A DNA stretch of 63,592 nt, counting the filler, from Choristocarpus tenellus KU-1152 (lineage: Eukaryota > Protista > Phaeophyceae), in assembly GCA_964200185.2 (NCBI GenBank). It is 10 parts of 10 records of this genome, joined end to end, with 100 filler letters (N's around TTAATTAATTAA, not from the genome) between each part and the next. Parts side by side here need not be neighbours in the genome. Positions count along the whole stretch, not along the records: positions 12,529 to 17,211 come from CAXNAD020013478.1; positions 17,312 to 24,491 come from CAXNAD020006577.1; positions 24,592 to 27,936 come from CAXNAD020020667.1; 7 more parts are not named here. One strand, given 5' to 3'. Under the pieces are notes generated by a model. The model was not told the origin of the DNA, made no database searches, and worked only from the letters and a program-made list of their open reading frames with translations. The position numbers and the translations under genes are program-made. Below are positions 13,153 to 25,658 of this stretch, one piece after another (the first letter of the stretch is position 1; each line of letters starts with the position of its first letter).

Positions 13153-14830
13153 TTCGGAATTAAACATAAAATAACTTTTACAAGCTCTGTTCTCACCCAG
13201 GAATAACCCACGTGATATATAGCCTCTGGACAAGGCTTAGTTCTAATATAGATTAGGGGGCAGGCAAAGTTTGAGATAGTGGGCTTTCATGACTGCGGAG
13301 GATCACCAACGCAACGTCGACCAGGTCACATTTGATGGGGTTCAAAAACCTCCTCATACTGTCAAAGGAGGTGTTTATTGGGATGCCTAGGACAAAGGCT
13401 CCCAATCATTCGAGCGACTTGCTCATCCCATCATCGCCTGCCAGTCCTAATTCTTTGGCCCAGATGTCTGTCGAGGGTCAGGGCTCGAATACTCTGACGA
13501 AGAACAGCATGGTGGCGATGCCTGGAGACAAGAGGGTGCGAGACTCAGATGCCTTGGGGGACAGCGGCAGCTATTATGGAGAACTTCGAAATTTCCCGAA
13601 CCACCATGTTCCGTCATCTGAAGGAGTATGCCAGCCAGATCGCACGGGGTCAATGTATGGACCTTGTACGATATCGCAAGAGACAACAGGGCTGCTGTAC
13701 AAGTATTCTCAATGTTTGGGATGTCCCATTGGTACACCATACATCCTTCTACAAATGGCGACCAAGGCTAGGGGCCCTTGTCTCATTGTGGAATCTGTGC
13801 AAGCCTGAGAAGGAGAAAAGGGTCAAGTGGTGGATTAAAACAGTCCTCTCAGACCAGCAGAAAGTTAGCAGGGTGGGTTTTGTTATGAGCCACACGCACA
13901 GGAGGAAGAGAAGTGGGGTATTAGTGGACGATATATTGACTGGGTGCATGTGGACAAGAAGTGGTTTTACATCCTCAAAGTTGGTCAAGGTGTGTACCTA
14001 CACCCCACTGAGGACCCCCCAAAACTCATGGGCACAGAATAAGGGTTACATTTCGAAGGTCCTTGCAGCTGTGACTTGCCCTAAAAAGATCTCCAACGGG
14101 TTGGGGTTTGATGGGAAAATCGGGATCTGCCAATCGTGGACACTAAGGTCTCTCAGCGCTTCAGCAAACACCGCCCAAAGGGCACCAAGGTGGTGCTTGT
14201 GCCAGCCAAGGTTGACGGGGGGAATTATAAGAAGCTCATGATCGAGAATATCATCCCAGCAATCAAAGTCAGCATGCCTAGGCTGGAAGGACACATCATC
14301 TTCGTGCAACAGGACAAGGCAAAGTCATACACCAAGGGGACAATCGAGGAGACAGCAGGGGGCTACATTGTCAGAGAGACCCAACCAGCAAATAACACCC
14401 AACTTCAATGTCAACAACCTGGTGTTCTTTCGTTCCATTAAGAAAAGAGAAGGAAGATGTGGGAATGGCCACAATGGAGGCGTTCAATGTATACCCTCGG
14501 GAGACACTAGAGCGCATCTGGCAGAGCCTCTTCACAGTCTACGGCGAAGTGCTGGGGTCCAAGGGTGACAGCGTCCTCAAAATTCCCCATCTTAGCTAGG
14601 AAAGGACTGAGAAGGTGGGGAAGCTCCTCCTGAATGCCCCTGTGGATGGGACAAAATACTGTTCTGGAATAGAGGTTTGGAGGACTTGGGAATATAATCA
14701 TAGGTAGGTTTAGGGTGCCCTATCTTGCTTGAGTTTTGGTGGACAACCTTTTTGGTATCTGCACAATAAACCCATAAATTATGAACATATGAAATAAATC
14801 TTGCTTCTTCATTGGGACTGCCAAATATGC
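13153..14830 (+). mobile_element. Degenerate mariner-type (plant DD39D-like) DNA transposon, TIRs lost
   Basis: Frameshifted transposase pieces: WVHVDKKWFYILKVGQGVYLHPTEDPPK, AQNKGYISKV, FDGKIGI, KLMIENIIPAIK, FVQQDKAK, ETLERIWQSLF. Colinear with the copy at 44917-46751. Confidence 0.85.
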
Positions 14831-15069
14831 ATTATATTTTCATTCGGAATGGAAAAGTATCAGGAGAAAAATTATCTTCTTTGAAGGAAAGTGGAGTAAA
14901 CCTTTCTCCAACGAAAATATGAAAAGAAAAAGAAAATGACAGTGTTTTTACCTCTAGATGGCTCCAAAATGCCTTATTGTGTGGACAGGTACTCTCTTGT
15001 CCGTAACGAACCAATGACAAGGGCAACCATATAAGAGGCCACCATGTGACAGTATGGATGAAATGCCCC

Positions 15070-16645
15070 AAGATAAGAGCCTCGGTGACCCAGAGTCTAG
15101 GGACGGGGAATTGTTTTGTTGCAAGTTCCGCGTCCCCTATCCCTTCTTTGTACAGGTTGTAGAAGACGTAAGGGAGTAAAGTTAGCTTGGCGGAAGCAGG
15201 GTGTTGAAACCTGAGTTCATTTGTGTTGTTCATTGTTGTGCTGCGTCTAGTTTGTGATCACCGTTGAATTCGTTCTCGTAGGACTGATGATAAGTTTATT
15301 CAATCAGATACCTGTTGATGTGAAACTTTGTTGGTTGTGCTGTGGTTAGCACGTTTAGAGAAAGGTGTGTATCATAGTGCAACAAAACACCTGTGAATTT
15401 GTTCTGGTGCATCTGACGGCATGTTGTACTCAATCAAACTATGGTCAATGTGAAATGCGTCGTGATACGTCTCACGGCATATTTTTCTCAATCAGAATAT
15501 GGTTGATATGAATTGTATGATCGTTCAGGCTCAAAGTATCTATGGGGGGGTGGTAACTGTCCATTTGGGGACAATTTATTAATGTTGCAGTTTTTGAGTG
15601 ATTTGGCCGCATACATTGGATGGATAATGTAAGTGCACTTTCCTGGTTATTGGCCAAATAGATATCGTGGTGAAGACCCCCCCCCTCCCCAGATACTTTG
15701 GGTCTCATTGAGATGAAGAAATGCGTGCTCCGTGAAGAGGCTTGTCACCTTAGCTGAGGAGAGTTTCGAAGGATGGTTTTATACTGCATCCCGGTGTGTG
15801 CCTGGTACACGTATTGCAGAGTGAGCATGATGAATTATGAGGGGGCAATGCCAGTCAAGAAAAATAATAATCAACACGTAATATGGAACTGATCGCTTCT
15901 TCTGTGAAGAAGAAGAGGAAAAACAAAGAAGAAACAAGAAGACAAACTGAATCAACAGCTGAGAGAACTGATACGACACATGGTATGCCTGTATTTGTGA
16001 TAGGAAGCGACAGTTCTTATGCTTCCTGAGTACTGTGGTGTTCTGAAGGTGATTGATGGTGTTGTGATGAGGAGCTGATGAGGTAAATGAGAATAGCGAC
16101 AATTACAATGGGCAAATCAACATTCAGTATGGACTGACGATGGTGTATTACATCAAAACAAATAAAATGAGTAGCCTATCTTTTAACACAGGCTGATGCC
16201 ATTGGTCGCCTAGGCATCCCCCTGGAGGCGAAGGTGTTATCTGTCTTGCACATCCTCCGATGCACGGGGTATATGATTTTTTCACACGAATGAGTGAGTG
16301 TACGACATGAAGAATGTTGGACAAGCTTTGCCAGTGCTTCAAAAATTGGATCGGGTTTAAGAGTGATGAGGAACTGCAACAAACCATGGAAGCATACCAT
16401 CATTTGAGGTTCAAGGGCGCAGTGGGATTGAGCGATGTAACCCACGAAAGATGGGACAGATGTCCAGAAATTGTCACTTGGTCGTGCAAAGGGAGGGAAG
16501 CCTTCCCGACTCTGGCATACGAGGTCACTGTCAACCATTGCATGGGCGTTTAGGGGAAAAATGGGGCTTTCCGGGCGCGAGAAATGATAAGAAAATAGTC
16601 TGCTAAGATGACACTGTTATCCAGGTCCGGAAGAACAGGAGGTTT
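15070..16645 (+). mobile_element. Degenerate PIF/Harbinger (DDE_Tnp_4-like) transposase split by a ~1-kb insertion
   Basis: N-part ~15075-15190: SLGDPESRDGELFCCKFRVPYPFFVQVVEDVRE*. Resumes at ~16190: ADAIGRLGIPLEAKVLSVLHIL...GAVGLSDVTHERWDRCP...GREAFPTLAYEVTVNH...GFPGARNDK. These match Harbinger-type nuclease motifs. Confidence 0.75.
15528..15704. mobile_element. MITE, 177 bp, 3-bp TSD TCA (second full copy)
   Basis: TCA|GGCTCAAAGTATC...GATACTTTGGGTC|TCA; internal sequence is reverse-complement similar to 4903-5076. Confidence 0.85.
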
Positions 16646-17021
16646 ATGGACTTGGAGTGCATTCTGTTCAATATGCTGATCGTCGATTAACTCGTTGGGC
16701 AACCTTTTAAAAAAAATCAAGATTGGTAACCGCCGAAACGGTACGTGGGCGGTGGGCCTCAGTTAAATACTGTTTAAGCCCCTCACAGGACATTGTGACG
16801 CCCAATGAGCTCCGAGTAGCTCCGAGTTGTCACCTGACGGCGTTGATGTTATGGTGCTGTCACTCCCTGATGGATTTGAGTTCGTCTGGTGCCGCCGGGA
16901 TGCTAGGGGTAAGGGAATTCCGCTCGTCCAAAAGGCGAGAAGGGGGAGTATGTTGGACAGGTTAAGGGGGTGAGACAGATTTTGCAAGAGAGAGGTTTGT
17001 TTATCCCAGGGATGACCGAGG

Positions 17022-17211
17022 ATGGGGGGCAAGGACAGGAATAAGAGCATGAGCGTGGCGTATGTTCTTGGGGAGCAGCCGGATTTCAAGGTGGTAGAAC
17101 CTAGTCTTAATATTCTGGTTGAGCGTCTTGGAGGACACTGCTTGATGCTTTCAAAGTACCACTGTGAATTGAACCCGATAGAGATGGTCTGGGGGCGGGT
17201 GAAGCACTATA
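17022..17211 (+). mobile_element. IS630/Tc1-mariner (DDE_3-like) transposase C-terminal fragment, truncated by contig end
   Basis: VLGEQPDFK...LVERLGGHCLMLSKYHCELNPIEMVWGRVKHY contains the HCELNPIExxW catalytic-Glu motif. Confidence 0.8.
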
Positions 17212-18494
17212 NNNNNNNNNNNNNNNNNNNNNNNNNNNNNNNNNNNNNNNNNNNNTTAATTAATTAANNNNNNNNNNNNNNNNNNNNNNNNNNNNNNNNN
17301 NNNNNNNNNNNGGGGCTGTGCTGGCAGCATCTACTGGTGGGGGAGGGCATCCGACACGGCACTCTGGAGGGCGAAAGAAGGGTGGTAGGCGTAAGAAGGG
17401 TTCCTCGTAGTTAGGGTTAGGGTTAGTGAGGTTGGGATACTTGTTGTGGTCGTGTGTTTGGGTTTTTTTAAATATTTTTTTTGGTTGCTGGTGTACAGTT
17501 TGTGGTTTGGGTTGTGTTGTTCAATTTAGTAAACGTCAGATGATGGAGGAGGTAAGGGTGTTGATATGTAGATTTCTTGGTGTTGAAACGATTTTTGTTA
17601 TTGGTGGTGGTAGTGGTGTAGTTTCACGTATGTATGTATTACGTATGTCTTGAATGATACTACTAATATTTTTTTTGGTTTTAGGAAGACTTGCTGTTGG
17701 GGGAGGATTAGGGTTAGGGTTGGGTTTAGTGTGTGCAATTTCCGTTTTGAGGTAATGATGCATGTGCAGTGATAGATCAGACAAAGTTTGATGTTTGATT
17801 CATTGTTTTAGATCCCGGGATAGTAATGTCAAATCCTGCTATACTATCTGTCGCGTTTCGTTGGATTTTGTGACAGGGTGCCCTAGAGCGCAACAAGATT
17901 TTTGCAATAATGTAACTGTTCCAAATACAGTGCACACACACTTGAACACGCAAACACATATGAACGCACGTGCGCACAAAGGGTGATGTTAATTATGAAA
18001 AAGTGGTTATGTTATACTGGCCTAGGTGGGCCTCGGTGGAATGTGATGGTCCAGTGAATGTGTCTGCTTGTAGATAGCAACTCACGAACAATAGTAGATT
18101 GTCAAGGTGTTGAAGGTGGGGCATCAAAATTCATTTCGACTCTTGGTTAGAGGGTGTTGAAGGACATTTGTGCTTTGTTTGGGCCTGGATCATCTATAAA
18201 TGTGTTGTTTTGTGCAGCTTTCTCGTGATCCATTACCCTCTTGTAAGTGTTACCGAGCTTAGGGTTATTGATAGTAACAGGGGTGTGTAATGTAGAATGA
18301 ATGTCTTTTTTTTTTTTAGATTAGAAAGCTATTCATAGAGGACTTGAGTATGCAAGTGAATGACTTGACTCTTTGTCGCTTTTTGCTATTTATTTATTTT
18401 TATATTTGTGCGTTTTTGTGTTGTTGTAGGGGGTTGATACAGGCATTTAGGGTTGAAAAAAATATTAGTACTTCTACGTATTATTATTGAGAGT

Positions 18495-18635
18495 CAAACC
18501 AATTGAGAGGTAGGAAGGCAGGTTCGCACCCCTTTTGCATTCTAAGCTGTCTTTCTGACTCTGTGCAGTATACACCCTTATTTCATTGCTTGATGTACAC
18601 AATAGTGTAAACAAAATTGATACTCTCCCTTTCCA
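18495..18635. repeat. Dispersed ~140-bp repeat, copy 2
   Basis: Reverse complement of 10650-10788. Confidence 0.65.
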
Positions 18636-21444
18636 AGCACAAAAAGAGACCAAAACCTCAGCATATGCTCTTTCTACAACTGTGCAAAAATTACAACTTT
18701 TTTCCCCTTTTGAGGGGATCCTTAAAATGCAACCCTGCCTAACTCTCAGCTTTGTTTGACTCTCTTACCTCTTTTATGCTTAAGGGGAACTATACATAGA
18801 GTGGAGACTGGTCTCTAGTGTTCACTTCAGTTCAAGGCCAACCTCCAACCCCCAATACACTAGAAGAGGTCTATTAATCCGCCACCTACCCTATCACGCC
18901 CCTTCTTAAAGCAAAAAGTAGCAAACTCCATGCAACAGCCCCAAAAACATATTTTTTCCCCCCTCCAACGGGGCCTCTCAACAACTCAGGGACCTTTTTT
19001 GCACTCCATCCACTGTTCACTGCCTTGTGTGTATGGCATAGTGCACGGAGGGTCGATGTGTTGCAATGCTGCCATCTACTCGTTCCAACGAAGTGGGAGG
19101 GTCTGTTCCCATCAGCTCCAATGCTGACAATCGAGTTTTTGGTACACCCTATGAAGGTGTGTTAAATTAGGTACACGCATCATGAGCATGTTCTACAAGA
19201 AAGCCTCCTGGTTTAGCTACGTCAAATGTGTGCTCTCTCTGGTTTCTTTCAGCAAGCTCCCACTCCTCTAAGATCGGGCAGTAGGAAACCTCACTTGAAG
19301 AGGTGTCTTGGGCAGGCATAACCCTCTCTATATATATATATATCTTTGAAGCATTCCATGTAATAGCACCATCGTGTCTCAGTTCCAAACCAGACTATCA
19401 TCTCTATAGTGCACCCTAAACCATTGCACAAGAGACTTTGAGGATGCAGTTCCTAGCTAAACTGTCTACCGCGACAGATGCACTCGTCCTTTGGCTCAGC
19501 AAGGTATGATGCTGCATGTGTGTCATTCAGGATGGAAATTCGATCTCAACAATAGAGCAGTGTAACAAACACACACAAGGGCTTGGATCACAAAATAGTA
19601 TGACACCGAACACGTTAAACGTGCTATTGCGTGCACACACACATACACTTGACCTTGCCACTTTGCTCCTCCTCCTCCTGCTGCTGCTGTTGCAGTTGTC
19701 AGTCCTTGTCTCGAAACATACCATAATTTGCAACCTTTGCCTCACCTGACTTCCCCTCCTCGCAATCGATTTGATCTTGCAGCCCGAGACATGGAGGGAA
19801 GAATGATCTTCAACAAAAATAATAATAATAATACACTTGAAGTAGATACACATCTACGTATGTGGCATACCCCTATATACAGGCTATCACAACAGTTGTT
19901 CCACTCACGCCATGTAAAAAAAAACAAACCCCATCGCATACTCCATTTTTGTACTCATCTAAATGACCCAAGACCTCCATACTAGTACAATTGCTTACGA
20001 CGATCTGTCAGTGATTTAGTCTTGAAACATGGACCTAGTCCAGCTCTTCAATCGATTCCCGCTTTTCCACCCATTGCCCCAAAACTCATTTGTGGAACTC
20101 AATGGAGTATTCTTGATGATCAATCCTTTCTTGAGGCAATCTGTTAAAACTTTCGGCGTCGGAGCAGACTAGATCGCTTGCCACAGCTTTTTTTGATCAA
20201 TCAAATGAACTAGGGAGGTACTTTCCCCAATTAGGGTTAGGGTAGGGTTGGATACCTCCATAGTCGATTAAAACTGTAACAAACGATTGTATACACTCTG
20301 ATGTCGGACATTTTACCAGCTCCAAATTAAAAAAAAAGAAAGGACTGATGACAACACGTCAAAAACCAACTGCATCAGTACCATTTCATTCAATGCACAA
20401 TACTTCATAAAAGTGGAGCACAAATCTGAACCAGTTTCTCACAAGCCAAAAGTGTGCCCGTTAATTTCTCATCAAATCTCATTTAATATTACTAGTGAGC
20501 TCAAAGTCACAAGTATGTACTTTGAAATGACAGTAATTGATGGACTGGCACTGCCTGTGATACCAGGAACATATCACACATGCAAGTTGCACATAACAAG
20601 GACCAGTGAATTTTAACTCGGGAGTGCACTATAACTGAACAATCAGGGTGTATGTACACTGTGATCACCCCTGGCACTCAGCAGTATGAAAAAGGACAAA
20701 TTGGAGGAGGGTCGATCTTGTGCTCAAGACAACCGTCAAGTCACGCGACTTTAATGCTCTAGCAGTCATATTCTAGGTACACATATTTATTGCTGTGAAG
20801 ACTGGACAGTTTATCAAAATCAAGCACCACTGCTATTCCTATTTGAAGGCATTCTCCAATAGTATGCCTACCACTGTACATTTGACTACAAGAGAGTTGA
20901 CATCATGGTCTTCATCGCCAAACAGCACCATGAAAGGATACCAAAAAATAGACACCAACCTCTTCCTCACGTTCCGGACACTTGATCGCCAAGCAGTTCC
21001 AAAGTGTTCTCAGTTTTAGAAAGCCACCAGGAATGATACGTTCGCATCAGTGAGCAAAACCAAATGCTGCCAAGAAATGGAAAATAACAAGGTTTCAAGA
21101 ATTTCAAGAACCTACCAAGTACTAGTACTATGTAGTACATCGATGGCATGACAAGAGTACAAATTGTAGCAATCCACCACACATCCAAACATGCTGACAC
21201 GCACATAGACAACATGTAACACATCCACAAGACACACAGAGGACATCGTCCTCCCCCTGCATACTCACTTCAGTTCTTTATCCAATCCCTGTTGCCTGTT
21301 CTCTGTATCCACAAGGCCACTGGAACGGCTCCTCTTCGGAAACTTTGCCCTGTACTCTCTAATAGGCAATGTGGTTTTATCTTTTGCGTAACCTTCTTAA
21401 TGCTCCATATGGACTATCTTGAAACCTGGCGGCGAAGCGGAGAT

Positions 21445-22391
21445 CTAACGCGTCTTCTGAAACACACGAACAGGTGTGTCATTGGCGTGACAACATGCAT
21501 GGGGGGGGGTCACAGGTCTTCTAGGTAAAAGGGGGTGCGAAATGAAGGCATACGGGGCGATTCAGTGGAAAACAGCGGAAATGACTCATTTTGTGGCAAG
21601 GAAATGCTACGTTTATCATCACTTGTGTTTTGTCTAGACTGTGTGTGGAAGCGACCCTCCAAGCCCTCGAGAAAATACCCCATCATGGTTTGTGTCGAGA
21701 AGTACATGGTGCCTTGATAGCATCCACTCCAAGGTGTGCAAGGATACCTTGGATTTTCGACCATTATTCCTAGCGCACGAACCAAATCTTTTTCCTCTGG
21801 TAGTGTCGATCTCCCCATCCTCCAGCTGCAGCCGGAGTACAGACCGTGCATAGGTGCGACCAGGGGAGGGCGATTGGCGTTAGGAGCGTCTACACCGCAT
21901 CTCTACAGGTCTTATCGTATTTGACGCTTGTTCCACATACATTTACTTCCACAATCCCAATCCTTCAACTCCCTCCCAGTTCCTCTCATAAGTCTTGTCT
22001 TCCCTCTTCGGTTCATTTCTCTATTTCTCTGTCCTCACCGGGTCCGCAGCATAAATGCTTTCGTAACACTCCTGGGAAATGCAACGGTTCACGCAGTTCT
22101 GGGCCTCCAGCGGGACAAGATGGACACACTCACCCCTCTCGCAGAGTCTTTTCTTCTCCACAAAATTCTTATTTTCCTTCGATAGCATTGCAAGATAAGA
22201 CACGCAACCAAAACCAGCAATGTGATTGTGCGTCCAAGCGTAAGGGTTTGTTTGAGATCAGAAATGTTGTTCCTTGCACATACCTTTTTCCTAGTTTTGG
22301 CTCGGCTGTTCTTGGCATCAACTGGAGTGTAGATCAAAGAGGACAATACAACGCATACCCACAAGAGCGTCAACCTGTTGGTACAGCACAT
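21445..22391 (-). CDS. Small secreted Cys-rich protein, DUF4787-like
   Basis: Exons 22391-22284 (signal peptide MCCTNRLTLLWVCVVLSSLIYTPVDA-KNSRAKTRKK), 22176-22039 (ENKNFVEKKRLCERGECVHLVPLEAQNCVNRCISQECYESIYAADP) and 21825-21748 (LEDGEIDTTRGKRFGSCARNNGRKSK). A tentative last exon 21456-21445 gives KTR*. All phase 0. The NCV..C.S..CY..IY...PLEDGEID..R...F..C pattern is DUF4787-like. Confidence 0.75.
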
Positions 22392-22593
22392 ATCGTCAGT
22401 ACATGTTGTTCCTTCAACTTTTCACTGTGTTTAGGTAACTCTCAAATACGTTCAAAAAACAAAAAAGATGCGGGTTATGATCTTCAAAATTCAAGAGGTC
22501 ACCTCGCAATGCACAAGGTGCAGTGGACAGAGGACGGGGGACAAGGTTTAGCTGATTTGCAATACTAAAGGCTTGCTAGAACGCACCAGTGCC

Positions 22594-24080
22594 ATGTCTT
22601 CGGCGTTGCACTGTACCACCCGTCTACGATCAGCCGTGACGTGCTCACGATGCCCCCTTCCTCCAACCTCAACCATAGTAGCTAGCCTCAACCAAGGACG
22701 CAACCATTGTAGACAGTGGTATATTCATCGACCAAGAGCGACCGATGCATCCCAAACTGAGAAAATGCATCAGAGAATCCTCCTGTCACGGCATATATCT
22801 AGTGGGTTGAACTACAGTGACCTCATGGCTGGCCCTGGAACAGTTCTTCACAATGACATCATGGAGAGCGCTGCAAAGAAGCAGACAGGGTGACAAATTG
22901 GTGTTTCTATAGGGTATCCTCCTTTGCGTCGTTTTCCTTTGGGTTCAAGCCTCATAGGTAAGGGTGCATCGGGTAACACCTTTTGCCCATGATGCTCTGT
23001 GCCATACAGAGTAAGCCTCAAGACTCTAATCGACACTGGGCGTGGTGATCTCCTCTCCGGAGAAATGGGACTCTCAGGGCAACACGGCATTTCCACCAAG
23101 CAGAAGATGCTCATACAGGTACATTACAGAACCCTCAAACTTTGAAAAGAGTAAGTCGATTTGCCAAGAGTGCTCACCCCTGGATCGAAGGCATAATAAT
23201 TTCACCCAACCCTTCCCCCTAGAACTTCTCCCCAATAATAAATTATGGGCCACAGCCTGCTCCAGTTTGTCCTGTATCTCCAGTTCAGGACGCCCAACCA
23301 ACACCCAGCTCTAGCGCATATAAGGCCTTGATCACATCTCCTTGCCCGTGATAACCTGCAGTATCCCGCCACCATCCCTGACCCACAGTGTGATGGTAAT
23401 AGATGAGAATATATGTCTGCCGAAGGACTTTGAAGTAAATGTTCTTGAATGAAAGAAGTTATTTCTGCACCTGTGGTAGTTTGAGCTGGTCCACATTCAC
23501 TTCAACAGTCATAGATGAAAAAGTATCAATTGTATGTCAAGAATCCCACACTCGACCACAGGTTACAGCTCATACATCCACGGTTCAGTACCTGGAGCTG
23601 GTGTCCTGTCCTGATTACATGCCTCTTCCCTTGGAATGATCTTGATAAGCACCTTTGCCTTTGTTCATGATCCGAGGCTGCTGCAAAACGTCTTGTTAAC
23701 ATGAGAATCAACTCTTTTGGGTGCTCCCTTTCTCCAACCTCGATAATAGTGCCTGATCAACCAAGCATACAACCAGCACAGAGATAGGTCGAGTCACAGG
23801 CATTGGTACAATCATCGATCAAGAGCAAAGAGTGGCTTAGCCCCTTAAACCTCCCCATTTAATCACTCAATCCCTCAACCTTCTGTAGGCCTCAAGCTTT
23901 CCACCAAGCCTTCCGTCCTCCCTTCCCAAAAATGCCACATTCCCCCTGGCATGGTGACTGTGTTACCTTGGTACATAGGTGGCTTCATTTCTCCACAGAG
24001 AGCTACCGATTCGATTGGCACATCGAGTACGAGACCTTGAGTCTGTCCCGGACATGCTTGCTCAAAAGTCTGTGAAGCAG
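22594..24080 (+). CDS. PDK: Mitochondrial pyruvate dehydrogenase kinase / BCKD kinase family, N-terminal part (partial)
   Basis: Exons 22594-22889 (S/R-rich transit-peptide-like start ...ESAAKKQTG), 23010-23118 (VSLKTLIDTGRG...QKMLIQ) and 23979-24080 (VASFLHRELPIRLAHRVRDLESVPDMLAQKSVKQ). FLHxELPIRLAHRV is the PDK/BCKDK motif. Confidence 0.88.
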
Positions 24081-25658
24081 GTATGCATTTTATTTTTTAT
24101 TTTTGTTGCTCAGGGGATCGACCATTCCTGTTGGGAAGGGCTTGGGGTTAGGGTTTGGGGTCTTGGGGGCGCAATAGGTCATAGGTCGGTCCAATCAAGT
24201 AGGAAGCGCGTAACAGTGCATGAAGTGGAATGAATATTTCCCTTTGATCAGCCCTGCCCTCTAGTCTGTTTTTACAGCATGCAAAATGTTGGTTGCAGGG
24301 TCGTCATGTTCGTCATAATTCTAACTCTCAATGTAGAATGCCTTTGAATTTTACTCTTCACTCCTTCTGTTATCCGTGTGTGCTAAGTGTTCATGGTAAG
24401 AAACACCCCCCCCCCCCTCGCCTCTTTCTTTTTTCCCGGTCTGATTATCGTCGTTTAGGGAAGTAGTGTATATATCGTTGTGCGTCCTTTCNNNNNNNNN
24501 NNNNNNNNNNNNNNNNNNNNNNNNNNNNNNNNNNNTTAATTAATTAANNNNNNNNNNNNNNNNNNNNNNNNNNNNNNNNNNNNNNNNNNNNGGGGGTGGG
24601 GGGGGGGGGGGGGGCGGGGGGTCGGATGTCACAACGGTTTGGGAGTAGAAAGGGAGGGGATGCAGAAATTACTGGGTCGTAGGCGTTATACGTGGATTCA
24701 CATTGGTCTTGTGTAGGAACGCCATCGTTGGGGAGGGCAAGTAAGATGAAATGAAGGAGGTTGAACAACGAGCTGAGGTTCTTGGCTCTGTCCGGGTTGA
24801 ATGTACTGAGAATAATCTAGCGATCTTCAACTGTCAACTACAGGTTTACTTTAAAAGCATGTTCATGTAAAAGACAACTGCACATGGTGGTCTTGTGTAA
24901 GCTCTTGCCCTGCAATACCCTACTAATAATAACGTTTGTACCGCGCCCTAGGCTGGAATCGACCAGAAGCGTGCTTTCCTTGCAACGGTGTGCCTCAGGG
25001 CAGGCCCCCTTCCCCTTCTTCGCCGGTAACGCATCAATTCTCTACAACACCATTTTAAAATAATAATAATAATAATATGTATGTACGCCCTCGTCGTGGC
25101 TGTTCTTCCCGGTGGACAAGAAACGTTACATACCCGAACGAGACAAAGCATAACAGAAAACACGCACAAACATGCACGCATTCTTTTTTTCTGTTATTTT
25201 TGCCCAAATAAAGCAAAAGGTAACATTTTTTTCCAGAGATAGTGGCAAATTGTAACAGTCCAAACGCTACGTCACTGCAACGGGTGTAAGAGAAACAACT
25301 GGAAGGGTGTGCCTTCTTCAAAAAACAAACAGAATGAGCCACACCAACTGACGACAACGTAGTCAGGTTTAGACCTTTTTTTTTTCGATTCTATGCCGCC
25401 TTTCTTACCCTGGGCTATTGCATTAGTTGACATATGCCATAGTGTATACGAAATTATTATTCCCACTTTCCACACACACACACATACACACACACGTGCA
25501 AAGCGATACCACAATTTCAGAAAATGCACCTCTTCTGAAATCGTACAAAAAAACAAAATAGCACTTTATTGCCCTTTCTCGGGGGTTCCTAAAAAGGGCA
25601 AAAACCCTGCCTGCCCTCTCAGTTGCTTTGACTCAAACATATATACATACACACAAAC

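Noticed and set aside
12529-17211. Fanzor/TnpB-type RNA-guided nuclease linked to the IS630/mariner elements
   Set aside because: No RuvC or zinc-ribbon motifs were found next to either transposase. The contig ends inside the IS630-like ORF, so downstream cargo cannot be assessed.
18930-21300. Scattered short ORFs or exon-like segments
   Set aside because: No coherent spliced model or domain.
21846-22568. 240-aa plus-strand ORF
   Set aside because: It is antisense to the DUF4787-like gene and has no recognisable motifs.
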